63,919 bases of DNA from contig OZ024746.1 of the NCBI GenBank assembly GCA_964016885.1, forward strand, positions 91,264,082 through 91,328,000. The letters run 5' to 3'. Positions 25,765 through 36,900 of this stretch are shown here, one piece after another. The number at the start of each line of letters is the position of its first letter. Position 1 is the first letter of the stretch. This stretch comes from Eledone cirrhosa (taxonomy: Eukaryota). The translations under genes and the position numbers were made by a program. Under the pieces are notes generated by a model that searched no databases, had not been told where the DNA came from, and saw only the letters and a program-made list of their open reading frames with translations.

Positions 25765-27140
25765 AAACGAAGGAAGTGTGGTAAGGAACCAGAGTACTCG
25801 ATACTTTGGGTAGTAGAGCTGGTAATAGGAACATTTTCAGGACCCCAATGGCAGAGCTCAAGCCGTTTCGACGGCTATTTCTGGACTAAATTAGATTTTT
25901 AGCGTGGTAATAAATAGCCAAACTTTTCAAGGGGTAATTCCATATATGGGCACGCGATAATCATGCATTTCTGAAGGTTGTAGTTGTCAAAAGGATTGGT
26001 AAAAATTTCTTATAAATACAGTTAAATCTTTCATGTCGGTGGGTAGGGGGTGGCTGAACTAGCCTTAGAACAATGAGGGAGTGGGTGACGCCGGTCAAGT
26101 GTTGAAAGTAAATTCTATACAGCAAATTCTAAGGTGTGGATGAATTAGGCTAGCTAGAAAGCAGGCGAAAAAAAGAATTCTACAGGAATCTATGTATGCT
26201 GGGGTTTCCCATATCTTGTTCGGCAAATGGGGAAAAGAAGGATGTTACAGCCATTGTCTACCCACCCGGGTCATGAGGGGATTTGAGTGTAACGCAATCG
26301 GTGTTTACATGCAGTTACAAGTTCGTCTTTTTTGTTTAGGAGTTAGTCCTTCGTAAACAACATTTGTATTGTTTCCTCCGAGCATAAGTTACATAGACAG
26401 CATCCTCCCGTGTAGGAGTTAGCCTTGGAAAGTAAGCTCCAAGTAAGATGGTATGTGATGTTATTATCTTGGAGGTCCCACATGTGGCATGTCGCCGGGC
26501 CAGGTTTCTGAACGTGTGTCGGTGTTGGTAGAGCCGGGTTTTAAAGTCATAGCCGGTTAATCCTATATAGGCTTTGTTGGAGTTTTCCGTCCTCACGTTG
26601 CATTGGTAGATCACGTTATGTTCTCAGCATCTGTTGTTGAGGGAGCACGTAGATCTATCAGGGCAGTTACACCTAGTCGGCTCTCCACTAATATCTAGGT
26701 TGTTTCCTCCATAGAGGTTGAGTTTCTTGTTTGAGGAGGTGATGTTTTGTGTGAAGTTGGGTGAGGTGCTGTAGGAGAGTTTTCATAGTGTTTTTGTTGA
26801 TTATGTTGTGGTAGCGGTGTTGTGGTGGGAAGTGTTTTTTGAGGAGTCTAAAGAAGATTTTCCCGTTTGGTGTTGCCACCTCGGCATTGTGGGGAGGGTT
26901 GAACCACGTTACGTGGGGTGAGCGGTAGCATCGCCTGCTGGTTCCGCTAGGGGAGCCTGAATAAAAGGAGATTTCCTCCCGAAAGCCGCTTCGCTTGAAG
27001 GCCTGGTTGTAATAAGGCGCATGTTCATCGAATATCTGCTCATTAGCGGACAAACAAGATATGCGGAGGGTGATGTTTTTAGGATGGTTAGAGCGGCGGT
27101 GGATGTAGTGTAGGTTGTCGTTTGGTTTCCTGTTGCCAAT
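25765..27140 (-). mobile_element. Penelope-like retroelement (Neptune-like), 5'-truncated and frameshifted
   Basis: Fragments HAPYYNQAFKRSGF..TWFNPP..FFRLLKKHFP, CNCPDRSTCSLNNRC, VIYQCNV..AYIGLT..FKTRLYQHRHTF (GIY-YIG), CNLCSEE; 3' end abuts (TA)n/(TC)n. Confidence 0.9.
25842..25935 (-). ncRNA. degenerate type-I hammerhead ribozyme in the Penelope 3' terminus
   Basis: Minus strand: ACCCC-UUGAAAA-G..GGCUAUUU..AAAUAGCC..C-GAAA-CGGC UUGAGCUCU GCCA-UU-GGGGU; stems I-III present, core box mutated. Confidence 0.65.
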
Positions 27141-27253
27141 ACATAAATTAATAAGTCAGGTAATACATAAATTAATGTCTTGTCTTTTTAAGTAGTTCCA
27201 TGAAATTTTATTCATTTGCTCTTATTTTATTTTTTTAATTCTATTTTATTATT

Positions 27254-27293
<40 letters not shown>

Positions 27294-27294
27294 A

Positions 27295-27412
27295 TGAGTT
27301 CAAATCCCGCCGAGGTTGACTTTGCCTTTCATCCTTACGGGGTCGATAAAATAAAGTACCAGTAATACACTGGATAATTGCTGGCCTTGTGCCTAAAGTA
27401 GAAACAATTATT
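27295..27412 (+). mobile_element. SINE family A, 5'-truncated
   Basis: Starts at the B box inside (TTTA)n. Confidence 0.88.
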
Positions 27413-27652
27413 TTATTTATTTAATTGCTCTTAATAGCTGAAGAGTTTAGCAGTGATTCAGCTGAGTCAATATTTTGTTAAAAGAAATCTGATATATATA
27501 TATATATATGTGTGTGTGTGTTTGTGTGTGTTTTGGGCAGTTACTATTAGTGTCAAAGGAAGTTTATTAATTAATGAAGTCGGTATCAATATATATGTGT
27601 GTGTGTCCTGGGTTCAATCGGGAGAGTAACCACAGGAAATAAGATACTCAAT

Positions 27653-27767
27653 TATAGAAATGACATCTACAGGACTAGAATTGTTTCATTTATAAGAAAT
27701 CATCTGGGCTTTCCTGATGATTTCTTACAAATGAAACAGTTCTAGTCCTGTAGATGCCATTTCTATA
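27653..27767. ncRNA. 55-bp-arm fold-back containing a hammerhead-like motif
   Basis: Arms 27653-27707 and 27713-27767 with 4 mismatches; right arm CUGAUGA..GAAA-CAG UUCUAGUC CUG-UA-GAUGCC. Confidence 0.55.
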
Positions 27768-27777
27768 TTAAATTTTA

Positions 27778-28664
27778 TCTCTCTATATAAAATTCTTTGT
27801 CTCTCTGTCTGTCTGTTCCTATGCATTCTCAAACGGCTGGACCAAATCAAATCAAATTTTACTAGGTAATAGTATTAGACCCCAGGAGTGTCAACATGTA
27901 ATTTTTATTTTCATTTGGATTAAAACAATATAATATTTTATCTAAAATAATCTTTCTATAGTGAACTATAGTAAACCACCACAACGTCACATTTTCTGTA
28001 TGAGTGTGTCTGTGAATGTGTTTGTGTTTGCGAGTTTGTTACATACGTTAGGCTTCAGAGAACACACATCTATACATACAGGTACATATGTGATGACAGA
28101 CAGGTGTGTGTGAATGTATGTCTCTGTGTGTATGTGAGAGTGTATGTGACAATATGTGAGTGTATGTATGTGAGAGTGTTTGTGATCATTTAGATTAAAA
28201 CAATAGAAAACAACACAACAATGTCACATTTTGTATATGAATATGTATGTGTCAGTCAGTGAGTGAGTGAGTGAGTGTGTGTGTGCATGTTCATTTGGTA
28301 TGTGATTAAATACACACACATCTACACATACATATAGCAACTGACCAAAAATGAGGTGAAAGGCTATGCGTGTGTCTGCGTGAATTTATGTCTATGTGTG
28401 TCTGTCTTAGTATATGTATGTGGGAATGTATGTGTGTGAGTGTGTAGAAACAATTTATTCATTTGGACACCAACAAAATATTACACAATAAATATTGTTT
28501 ACCCTAAGGTGCTCCAAGATTTAGAGATTTTCATTTCTAAATTCTATTATTATTACAATATAGATATGTTTTTTTTCTCATAATTATTTCAAAATATCTT
28601 CGTATTTATTGTTTACTAATCGGAATAAGAACAGCAGTAACCTAGGTAACGCTGGGTAATTCAG
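27778..28664 (+). mobile_element. non-autonomous Helitron-like element
   Basis: 5' A|TC..TATATAAAA..(GTCT)n..CAAACGGCTGGACC; 3' hairpin ACCTAG-GTAACG-CTGGGT at 28640-28657; terminal CTAG lost. Confidence 0.6.
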
Positions 28665-28699
28665 TGTGTGTGTGTGTTTAAATGTCATTCATTGTGTGT

Positions 28700-29320
28700 G
28701 TGTATTTAAACTTTATTATATTCAATGTGTGTGTGTGTGTGTGTGTGTATTTAAACCTCATATTCAGTGTGTGTATTTAAACCTCATATTCAGTATGTGT
28801 GTATTTAAACCTCATATATTCAACGTGTGTGTGTGTGTATTTAAACCTCATATATTCAATGTGTCTGTGTATGTGTGTATGTGTATTTAAACCTCACATA
28901 TTCAGTGTGTGTGTGTGTGTATTTAAACCTCATATTCAGTGTGTGTATTTAAACCTCATATTCAGTATGTGTGTATTTAAACCTCATATATTCAACGTGT
29001 GTGTGTGTATTTAAACCTCATATATTCAATGTGTCTGTGTATGTGTGTATGTGTATTTAAACCTCACATATTCAGTGTGTGTGTGTGTGTATTTAAACCC
29101 CACATATTCAGTGTGTGTGTGTATTTAAACCTCACATATTCAGTGTGTGTGTGTGTGTATTTAAACCTCACATATTCAGTGTGTGTGTTTAAACCTCACA
29201 TATTCAGTGTGTGTGTGTGTATTTAAACCTCACATATTCAGTGTGTGTATGTGTGTGTGTATTTAAATCTCGCATATTCAGTGTGTGTGTGTATTTAAAC
29301 CTCACATATTCAGTGTGTGT
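28700..29320. repeat. GTATTTAAACCTCA(T/C)ATTCA(GT)n variable-length minisatellite with a 172-bp block duplication
   Basis: Blocks starting at 28749 and 28921 are near-identical. Confidence 0.9.
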
Positions 29321-29540
29321 GTGTGTGTGTGTGTGTATGTAAGCCTCCTATATTCTTACATCCTATTACGTCAGACATATTTTCTGCCCTGTCAATATAA
29401 CCATATTACTTCTATCATTTTTCAAGGTGAAGTTGTTCATAATTTTCCAACAAAACCTTTTATTCATGTCAATTATTATTGACATCTTTATTCATTATTG
29501 TATTGTACATATTTTGTTATAGTTTGTGTAATTAAAATAA

Positions 29541-29746
29541 CCCTTTACCATTTACATTACTCTATATTTACTATTAAATTTTCAAGGTAAACATAATTAT
29601 CTTACATAATATTGAATCTATGAGATTTTGATATTTATTTTGAGAACAATACCTTAACGTCCTTATAAGCAGCCAGTTACAGCTGGTTTGAACAGAAAGA
29701 GGTGAGAGAATTTTGGCTGGATATGGTCAGTTTAAATGCTAAAGGG
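29541..29746 (+). mobile_element. MITE family C directly abutting a family D copy (29750-29980)
   Basis: CCCTTTA..TAAAGGG; family D follows immediately and ends GAGGG|TTAA. Confidence 0.8.
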
Positions 29747-30037
29747 CTAAGTCTTTAGTTACCAACCCAACCAAAACCAGCTCTGGTTCTATAAAATAAA
29801 ACCACCCATTTTAAAGGTTTCCAATTTAAATTAAAATCTTCCAACATAATTTTATATAAGAACCTTACATTAAGTTACTATCTTGGCAATGAAATAATTA
29901 ATAATTTTAGTAAATCCTTGAAAATTCTTCATCAATTAATTAAAATAGAGTGTATTTCATTAGAACTATGAGAGGGTTAAATGAGAGAACTTGTTGATTT
30001 AATTAAACCTTTTAAATTATCAACTTATGTCTTAGCT

Positions 30038-30104
30038 TTTTTTTCCTTTCTTTTCCACACATGTCATTTATTTATTGTCATTTTTGTTTCTTTTCCAGGT
30101 AAGA
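30038..30104 (+). other. candidate recursive splice site (3'ss immediately followed by 5'ss)
   Basis: Long pyrimidine-rich tract ending TTTTTGTTTCTTTTCCAG|GTAAGA; AG at 30097-30098. Confidence 0.45.
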
Positions 30105-30163
30105 TATAAATCATACTCCTTGCCAACTTTGAAATCTTCACCTACAGATAAGTCTATATACAC

Positions 30164-30194
<31 letters not shown>

Positions 30195-30414
30195 TTTTAT
30201 TTTTATTTTTTATCACTACTTCTGCAATAAATTTTTTGTCAGAGATGATGATGATGATTTCTATATTTCTAACAGGAATATTCTGCCTTTTAGCATTTTA
30301 ATTTCCCAAATAATCAAGAATGATGAGAGATTTAATGAAATAACTACCTTTCAACTTAATAACTCCAAAACAAATATTTAACTAGTGAACTCTAATATTG
30401 TTTAACATGTAAAA

Positions 30415-30836
30415 AAACACCCAGCCCACACTGTAAAGTAGTTGTATAGGTGACATGATGAAAAGCACCCAACCCACACTGTAAAGTGGTTGTGTAGGTG
30501 TCATGACAAAAAGTACCCATTTCACACAGTAAAGTGGTTGAGTAGGTGCTACGACAAAAAACGCTCAGTAAACATTGTAAAGTTGTTGTGTAGGTGTCAG
30601 GACAAAAAGTACCCAGTTCACACTGTAAAGTGGTCATGTTGGTGTCATGTAAAAAGTATCCAGTCTACACTATAAATGTGGTTGGCATTAGGAAGGGCAT
30701 CCAGCTGTAAAAACGAAGCCATAATCAGTTCTGTATGAGCAAGACATGGTCACCTGACCTGGCTTGTTTCACAACAGGACAACTCATCTAAATCATGCTT
30801 GCATGGAAAAATGGATGTTAAACGATTGATGATGAT
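30415..30836 (+). mobile_element. RTE-3'UTR/SINE tail copy with ~5 48-bp units
   Basis: CACCCAGCCCACACTGTAAAGTGG repeats, TTAGGAAGGGCATCCAGCTGTA, CATGCTTGCATGG..(GAT)n tail. Confidence 0.8.
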
Positions 30837-30908
30837 ATTTCAGTGGAAAGTTTGAATTTAAATTTGAACTCTTTAATAGAAATTGGTTTGGGTTGGGTTG
30901 ATATTTAA

Positions 30909-31114
30909 CCCTTTACCATTTACATTACTCAATATTTAATATTGTATTTTCACTTTATCTCACATTATCTCACATAATATCGAATCTATGAGATTTTGAT
31001 ATTGTTTATTTTTAGAACAATGCTTTAAAGTTGATATGAGGGGCTGGTTATGGCCAGTTTGAACAGAAAGAGGTGAGAGAATTCTGGCCAGATATGGCTG
31101 AATTAAATGCTAAA
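30909..31114 (+). mobile_element. MITE family C
   Basis: TTAA|CCCTTTA start; right TIR truncated. Confidence 0.8.
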
Positions 31115-31572
31115 TGCTCTGTAAGCTGGTTTTGGGTAGCTTGACACACAGTAAGTTACAGTTGGCCTTCTTTGAAACCAACAGGTTAAAGAAAGACATA
31201 GAAAGCTGGGAACAACTGCTTCCATGTGTGTGGAGTGATAAACAAATGGTTTCTTTAGGTTGGCTTCTCCCTTCATGTCATTCTTTTGGCAGCTGAAAGG
31301 ATTTTTTTTTAGGGTTGACCTGGTTATAGAAGTAAATTGGGGAAGTGATGGGGAGGTAGAATACTCCTTCCTTTACACACTCACACACTCATACACACAC
31401 ACATACACTCACACACTCATACACACACACATACACTCACACACTCACACACTCATACATACTCACAGACTCATGCACTCACTCATGCAGACACACACAC
31501 TTAACAAACTTCATTTTCTGGTCATGTTGAAGAAAGTAAGTATAGATGTTGAACATCTGTAGAATCACTGCT

Positions 31573-32146
31573 GCCACCACCACCACCTGCACCACCACCA
31601 CCATCCCCCACCATCTCTACCATCTGCACCACCAACACCACCACCTGCACCACCACCACCTTCTCCATCACCACCACCACCACCACCACCTTCTCCATCA
31701 CCACCACCACCACCTCCTCCACCTCTACCATCTCTACCATCTGTACCTCAACCACCACCATCTCCACCATCTGCACCTCCATCACCACCACCACCTCTAT
31801 CACCATTAGCACCTCCCCCCACCAACACCACCATCTCCACCACCACCATCACCAACACCACCATCTCCACACCACCATCTCCACCATAACACCACCACCA
31901 CCACCATCACCACCACCGCCACCATCACCACCGCCACCATCACCACCATCATCTCCACCATCACCACCACCAACTACACCACCACCACCAACTACACCAC
32001 CACCAACTACACCACCACCATCATCTCCACCATCATCTCCACCATCACCTCCACCATCACCTCCACCATCACCACCACCAACTACACTACCACCACCAAC
32101 TACACCACCACCACCACCACCACCACCACCAGCACCACCACCACCA
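31573..32146. repeat. (CAC)n-rich low-complexity tract
   Basis: Seen directly. Confidence 0.95.
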
Positions 32147-32599
32147 CTCTTTCTCTTCTTTTTCTGTCTCACAGTAAAAACAAAGAAAGGTTATTATTCT
32201 TCAGTCAAAACAAACCTGTTCTTATTTAACAGGTGTTAAATAAGAAGCTATTGTAAAATTAATTCCATCTTTCAGGTGAAATAAGAAGTCTTTTTCTCAA
32301 GTTGAAATTATTGAGTTTTTTAATATCTATATTTTTTAAATTATAAAATCAATGCATTTAAAAAAAAATTTATTTTAAAGATACTTGTTGAATTCTGATA
32401 GGTTTTCTTAGGTTTAAATAAATAATTGGAAATAATCAAAAGACAAAAAAAAAAAAAGATTTTGAAAGTAATTAGTGTCTTGTGAAATTGATGAGATGCT
32501 ATTTCAGTGGCTTAAAAGATGCTCACTAGAATATAGATTAGCAGAGTTGATAACTATTAACAGGTGTTGTAAAAGAGGAATTCTAAGTTGAGATGGCAG

Positions 32600-33588
32600 C
32601 AGAGGTGTGACTAGGGTATGGCAAGCATGGCATGAACCATGGGCCCCACATGAAGGAAGCGCCACTTGGACTAGGAGCAGGTTCTATTAAAGTCAAATAA
32701 GCCTTGTCAGAGAGTGAAAAAAGAAACTCCTTCAGATGTATGATCTGTCTCTATCATGAGTGAGAACACTATGGTGGCTGGATCATTAAACCATTTATAT
32801 AAATTATTAGGTAAAAATACAGGACAAGGTCGCAATTTCACTGCTTGCCATAGGTGCTATTTTCCCTAGTTATACCTCTGGACAGGGGTCACAATTTCAC
32901 TGCTTGCCATAGGTGCTATTTCCCCTAGTTATACCTCTGGACAGGGGTCACAATTTCACTGCTTGCCATAGGTGCTATTTTACCTAGTTATGCCTCTGGA
33001 CAGGGGTCACAATTTCACTGCTTGCCATAGGGGCTATTTCCCCTAGTTATACCTCTGGACAGGGGTCACAATTTCACTGCTTGCCATAGGGGCTATTTCC
33101 CCTAGTTATGCCTCTGGACAGGGGTCACAATTTCACTGCTTGCTATAGGTGCTATTTCCCCTAGTTATACCTCTGGACAGGGGTCACAATTTCACTGCTT
33201 GCCATAGGGGCTATTTCCTCTAGTTATACCTCTTGACAGGGGTCAAAATTTCACTGCTTGCCATAGGTGCTATTTCCCCTAGTTATGCCACTGGACAGGG
33301 ATCACAATTTCACTGCTTGCCATAGGGGCTATTTCCCCTAGTTATGCCTCTGGACAGGGATCACAATTTCACTGCTTGCCATAGGTGCTATTTCCCCTAG
33401 TTATACCTCTGGACAGGGGTCACAATTTCACTGCTTGCCATAGGGGCTATTTCCCCTAGTTATGCCTCTGAACAGGGCTCACAATTTCACTGCTTGCCAT
33501 AGGGGCTATTTCCCCTAGTTATACCTCTGGACAGGGATCACAATTTCACTGCTTGCCATAGGTGCTATTTCCCCTAGTTATACCTCTG
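32600..33588. mobile_element. hAT-like TIR element whose right end is tandemly amplified
   Basis: Left CAGAGGTGTGACTAGGG vs right CCCTAGTTATACCTCTG (15/17 inverted match). Confidence 0.65.
32822..33588. repeat. 59-bp minisatellite x~13
   Basis: Unit GACAGGGGTCACAATTTCACTGCTTGCCATAGGTGCTATTTCCCCTAGTTATACCTCTG; starts at 32881 and 32940. Confidence 0.97.
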
Positions 33589-34860
33589 GTGGTAGACTTG
33601 GTAGAGTGGTAGATGACATTCACTGGTGGTACATGACATTCACTGGTGGTAGACTTGGTAGGGTGGTAGATGACATTCACTGGTGGTAGACTTGGTAGGG
33701 TGGTAGATGACATTCACTGGTGGTAGACTTGGTAGCATGGTAGATGACATTCACTGATGGTAGACTTGGTAGCATGGTAGATGACATTCACTGATGGTAG
33801 ACTTGGTAGCATGGTAGATGACATTCACTGGTGGTAGACTTGGTAGAGTGGTAGATGACATTCACTGGTGGTACATGACATTCACTGGTGGTAGACTTGG
33901 TAGCATGGTAGATGACATTCACTGGTGGTAGACTTGGTAGCATGGTAGATGACATTCACTGATGGTAGACTTGGTAGCATGGTAGATGACATTCACTGGT
34001 GGTAGACTTGGTAGCATGGTAGATGACATTCACTGATGGTAGACTTGGTAGGGTGGTAGATGACATTCACTGGTGGTAGACTTGGTAGAGTGGTAGATGA
34101 CATTCACTGGTGGTAGACTTGGTAGCATGGTAGATGACATTCACTGGTGGTAGACTTGGTAGAGTGGTAGATGACATTCACTGGTGGTAGACTTGGTAGA
34201 GTGGTAGATGACATTCACTGGTGGTAGACTTGGTAGCATGGTAGATGACATTCACTGGTGGTAGACTTGGTAGAGTGGTAGATGACATTCACTGGTGGTA
34301 GACTTGGTAGAGTGGTAGATGACATTCACTGGTGGTAGACTTGGTAGCATGGTAGATGACATTCACTGGTGGTAGACTTGGTAGCATGGTAGATGACATT
34401 CACTGGTGGTAGACTTGGTAGAGTGGTAGATGACATTCACTGGTGGTAGACTTGGTAGGGTGGTAGATGACATTCACTGGTGGTAGACTTGGTAGGGTGG
34501 TAGATGACATTTACTGGTGGTAGACTTGGTAGCATGGTAGATGACATTCACTGATGGTAGACTTGGTAGCATGGTAGATGACATTCACTGGTGGTAGACT
34601 TGGTAGAGTGGTAGATGACATTCACTGGTGGTAGACTTGGTAGCATGGTAGATGACATTCACTGGTGGTAGACTTGGTAGCATGGTAGATGACATTCACT
34701 GGTGGTAGACTTGGTAGAGTGGTAGATGACATTCACTGGTGGTAGACTTGGTAGAGTGGTAGATGACATCCACTGGTGGTAGACTTGGTAGCATGGTAGA
34801 TGACATTCACTGATGGTAGACTTGGTAGAGTGGTAGATGACATTCACTGGTGGTAGACTT
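33586..34860. repeat. 37-bp minisatellite (CTGGTGGTAGACTTGGTAGAGTGGTAGATGACATTCA) x~34
   Basis: Period 37 (34081, 34118). Confidence 0.97.
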
Positions 34861-34915
34861 AATGTTTCCCAGTTTGACACCATCTATTATAACTTCCACT
34901 TAGAATCGTGTAATT

Positions 34916-36111
34916 ATATATCTGTGTATGTATGTCTACTTATATCTGTGTATGTGTGTGTCTGCATATATCTGTGTATGTGTGTGTCTACTTATATCTG
35001 TGTGTCTACATATATCTGTGTATGTGTGTGTCTACATATATCTGTGTACATGTGTGTCTACATATATCTGTGTACGTGAGTCTACATATATCTGTGTACG
35101 TGTGTGTACATATATCTGTGTATGTGTGTCTACATATATCTGTGTACGTGTGTCTACATATATCTGTGTACGTGTGTGTACATATATATGTGTATGTGTG
35201 TCTACATATATCTGTGTATGTGTGTGTCTACATATATCTGTGTATGTGTGTGTCTACATATATCTGTGTATGTGTGTGTCTACTTATATCTGTGTATGTG
35301 TGTGTCTGCATATATCTGTGTGTGTCTACATATATCTGTGTATGTGTGTGTCTACTTATATCTGTGTATGTGTGTGTCTACTTATATCTGTGTATGTGTG
35401 TGTCTACTTATATCTGTGTATGTGTGTGTCTACTTATATCTGTGTATGTGTGTGTCTACATATATCTATGTATATGTGTGTGTCTATATATATCTGTGTA
35501 TGTGTGTGTCTACATATATCTGTGTACGTGTGTGTCTACATATATCTGTGTATGTGTGTGTCTACATATATCTGTGTATGTGTGTGTCTACATATATCTG
35601 TGTACGTGTGTGTCTACATATATCTGTGTATGTGTGTGTCTACATAAATCTGTGTACGTGTGTGTCTACATATATCTGTGTATGTGTGTGTGTCTACATA
35701 TATCTGTGTATGTGTGTGTCTACATATATCTGTGTACGTGTGTGTCTACATATATCTGTGTATATGTGTGTCTACATATATCTGTGTACGTGTGTCTACA
35801 TATATCTGTGTACGTGTGTGTCTACATATATCTGTGTATGTGTGTGTCTACATATATATGTGTATGTGTGTGTCTACATATATCTGTGTATGTGTGTGTC
35901 TACATATATCTGTGTATGTGTGTGTCTATATATATCTGTGTACGTGTGTGTCTACATATATCTGTGTACGTGTGTGTCTACATATATCTGTGTATGTGTG
36001 TGTCTACATATATCTGTGTATGTGTGTCTACATATATCTGTGTATGTGTGTGTCTACATATATCTATGTATATGTGCGTGTCTACATATATCTGTGTACG
36101 TGTGTCTACAT
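34916..36111. repeat. 24-26-bp minisatellite (TCTACATATATCTGTGTATGTGTGTG)
   Basis: Tandem units; source of the long spurious ORFs. Confidence 0.95.
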
Positions 36112-36114
36112 AAA

Positions 36115-36209
36115 CGATGCTCTACCAATTCTGCCAATCCACCGCCCTCGCACATCATCATCATCATCATACGTCCACTTTTCCATGCTTGCAAGGGTGG
36201 GACGGGAAC

Positions 36210-36240
<31 letters not shown>

Positions 36241-36900
36241 TGTTTCTACTTTTGGCACAAGGCCAGCAATTATCCCAGTGCATTACTGGTACTTTATTTT
36301 ATCTACCCCATAAGGTTGAAAGGTAAAGCTTTATAATAATAGTAATAATAGTTTCTGACTTAGGCACAAGGTCAACAATTTGGAGGGAAAGAAAAGTCAA
36401 TTACATTGAGCCCAGTGTGTTACTGGTACTTTATTTTATTGACTTTTATGATGAAAGGCAAAGCTGACATCAGTGGAATTTGAACTCAGAATGTAAAGGA
36501 CTGTAGCTCTATGCCATAAATCATGTTGTCCAACTCCACCAATACTGCCAATCCACCACCCTTAATAATAATCGTTTTTACATTTGGCACAAGGCCAGCA
36601 ATTTCCCCAGTGTATTACTGGTACTTTATTTTATCGACCCCGTAAGGATGAAAGGCAAAGTTAACCTCGGCGGGATTTGAACTCAGATCATAAAGAGCAG
36701 TAACTCGATGCTGCAAAGCATGTCGTCCGACCCCCCCCCCCCACCAATACTGCCAATCCACCACCTTTATAATAATAATAATAATAATGATGATGATAAT
36801 AATTGTTTCTACTTTTGGCACAAGTCCAGCAATTACCCAGTTCATTACTGGTACTTTATTTTATCAACCCCGTAAGGATGAAAGGCAAAGTTAACCTCGA
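36115..36900 (-). mobile_element. cluster of 4-5 SINE family A copies/fragments joined through (AAT)n
   Basis: Pieces at about 36115-36149, 36238-36330, 36345-36562, 36570-36767 and 36798-36899. Confidence 0.85.

Noticed and set aside
31522-32172. His-rich and Gly-rich ORFs (also 57119-57589)
   Set aside because: (CAC)n low-complexity DNA with no splice or domain support
32265-32282. Other AG|GT juxtapositions (TTTCAG|GTGAAA here; TTTTAG|GTAGAT at about 37919)
   Set aside because: Weak donors and short pyrimidine tracts; expected by chance
34928-36336. Long overlapping ORFs of up to 410 aa
   Set aside because: Translations of a stop-free 24-26-bp TG/TA minisatellite in several frames; the same applies to the ORFs at 6404-7130, 23045-23669 and 41655-44397
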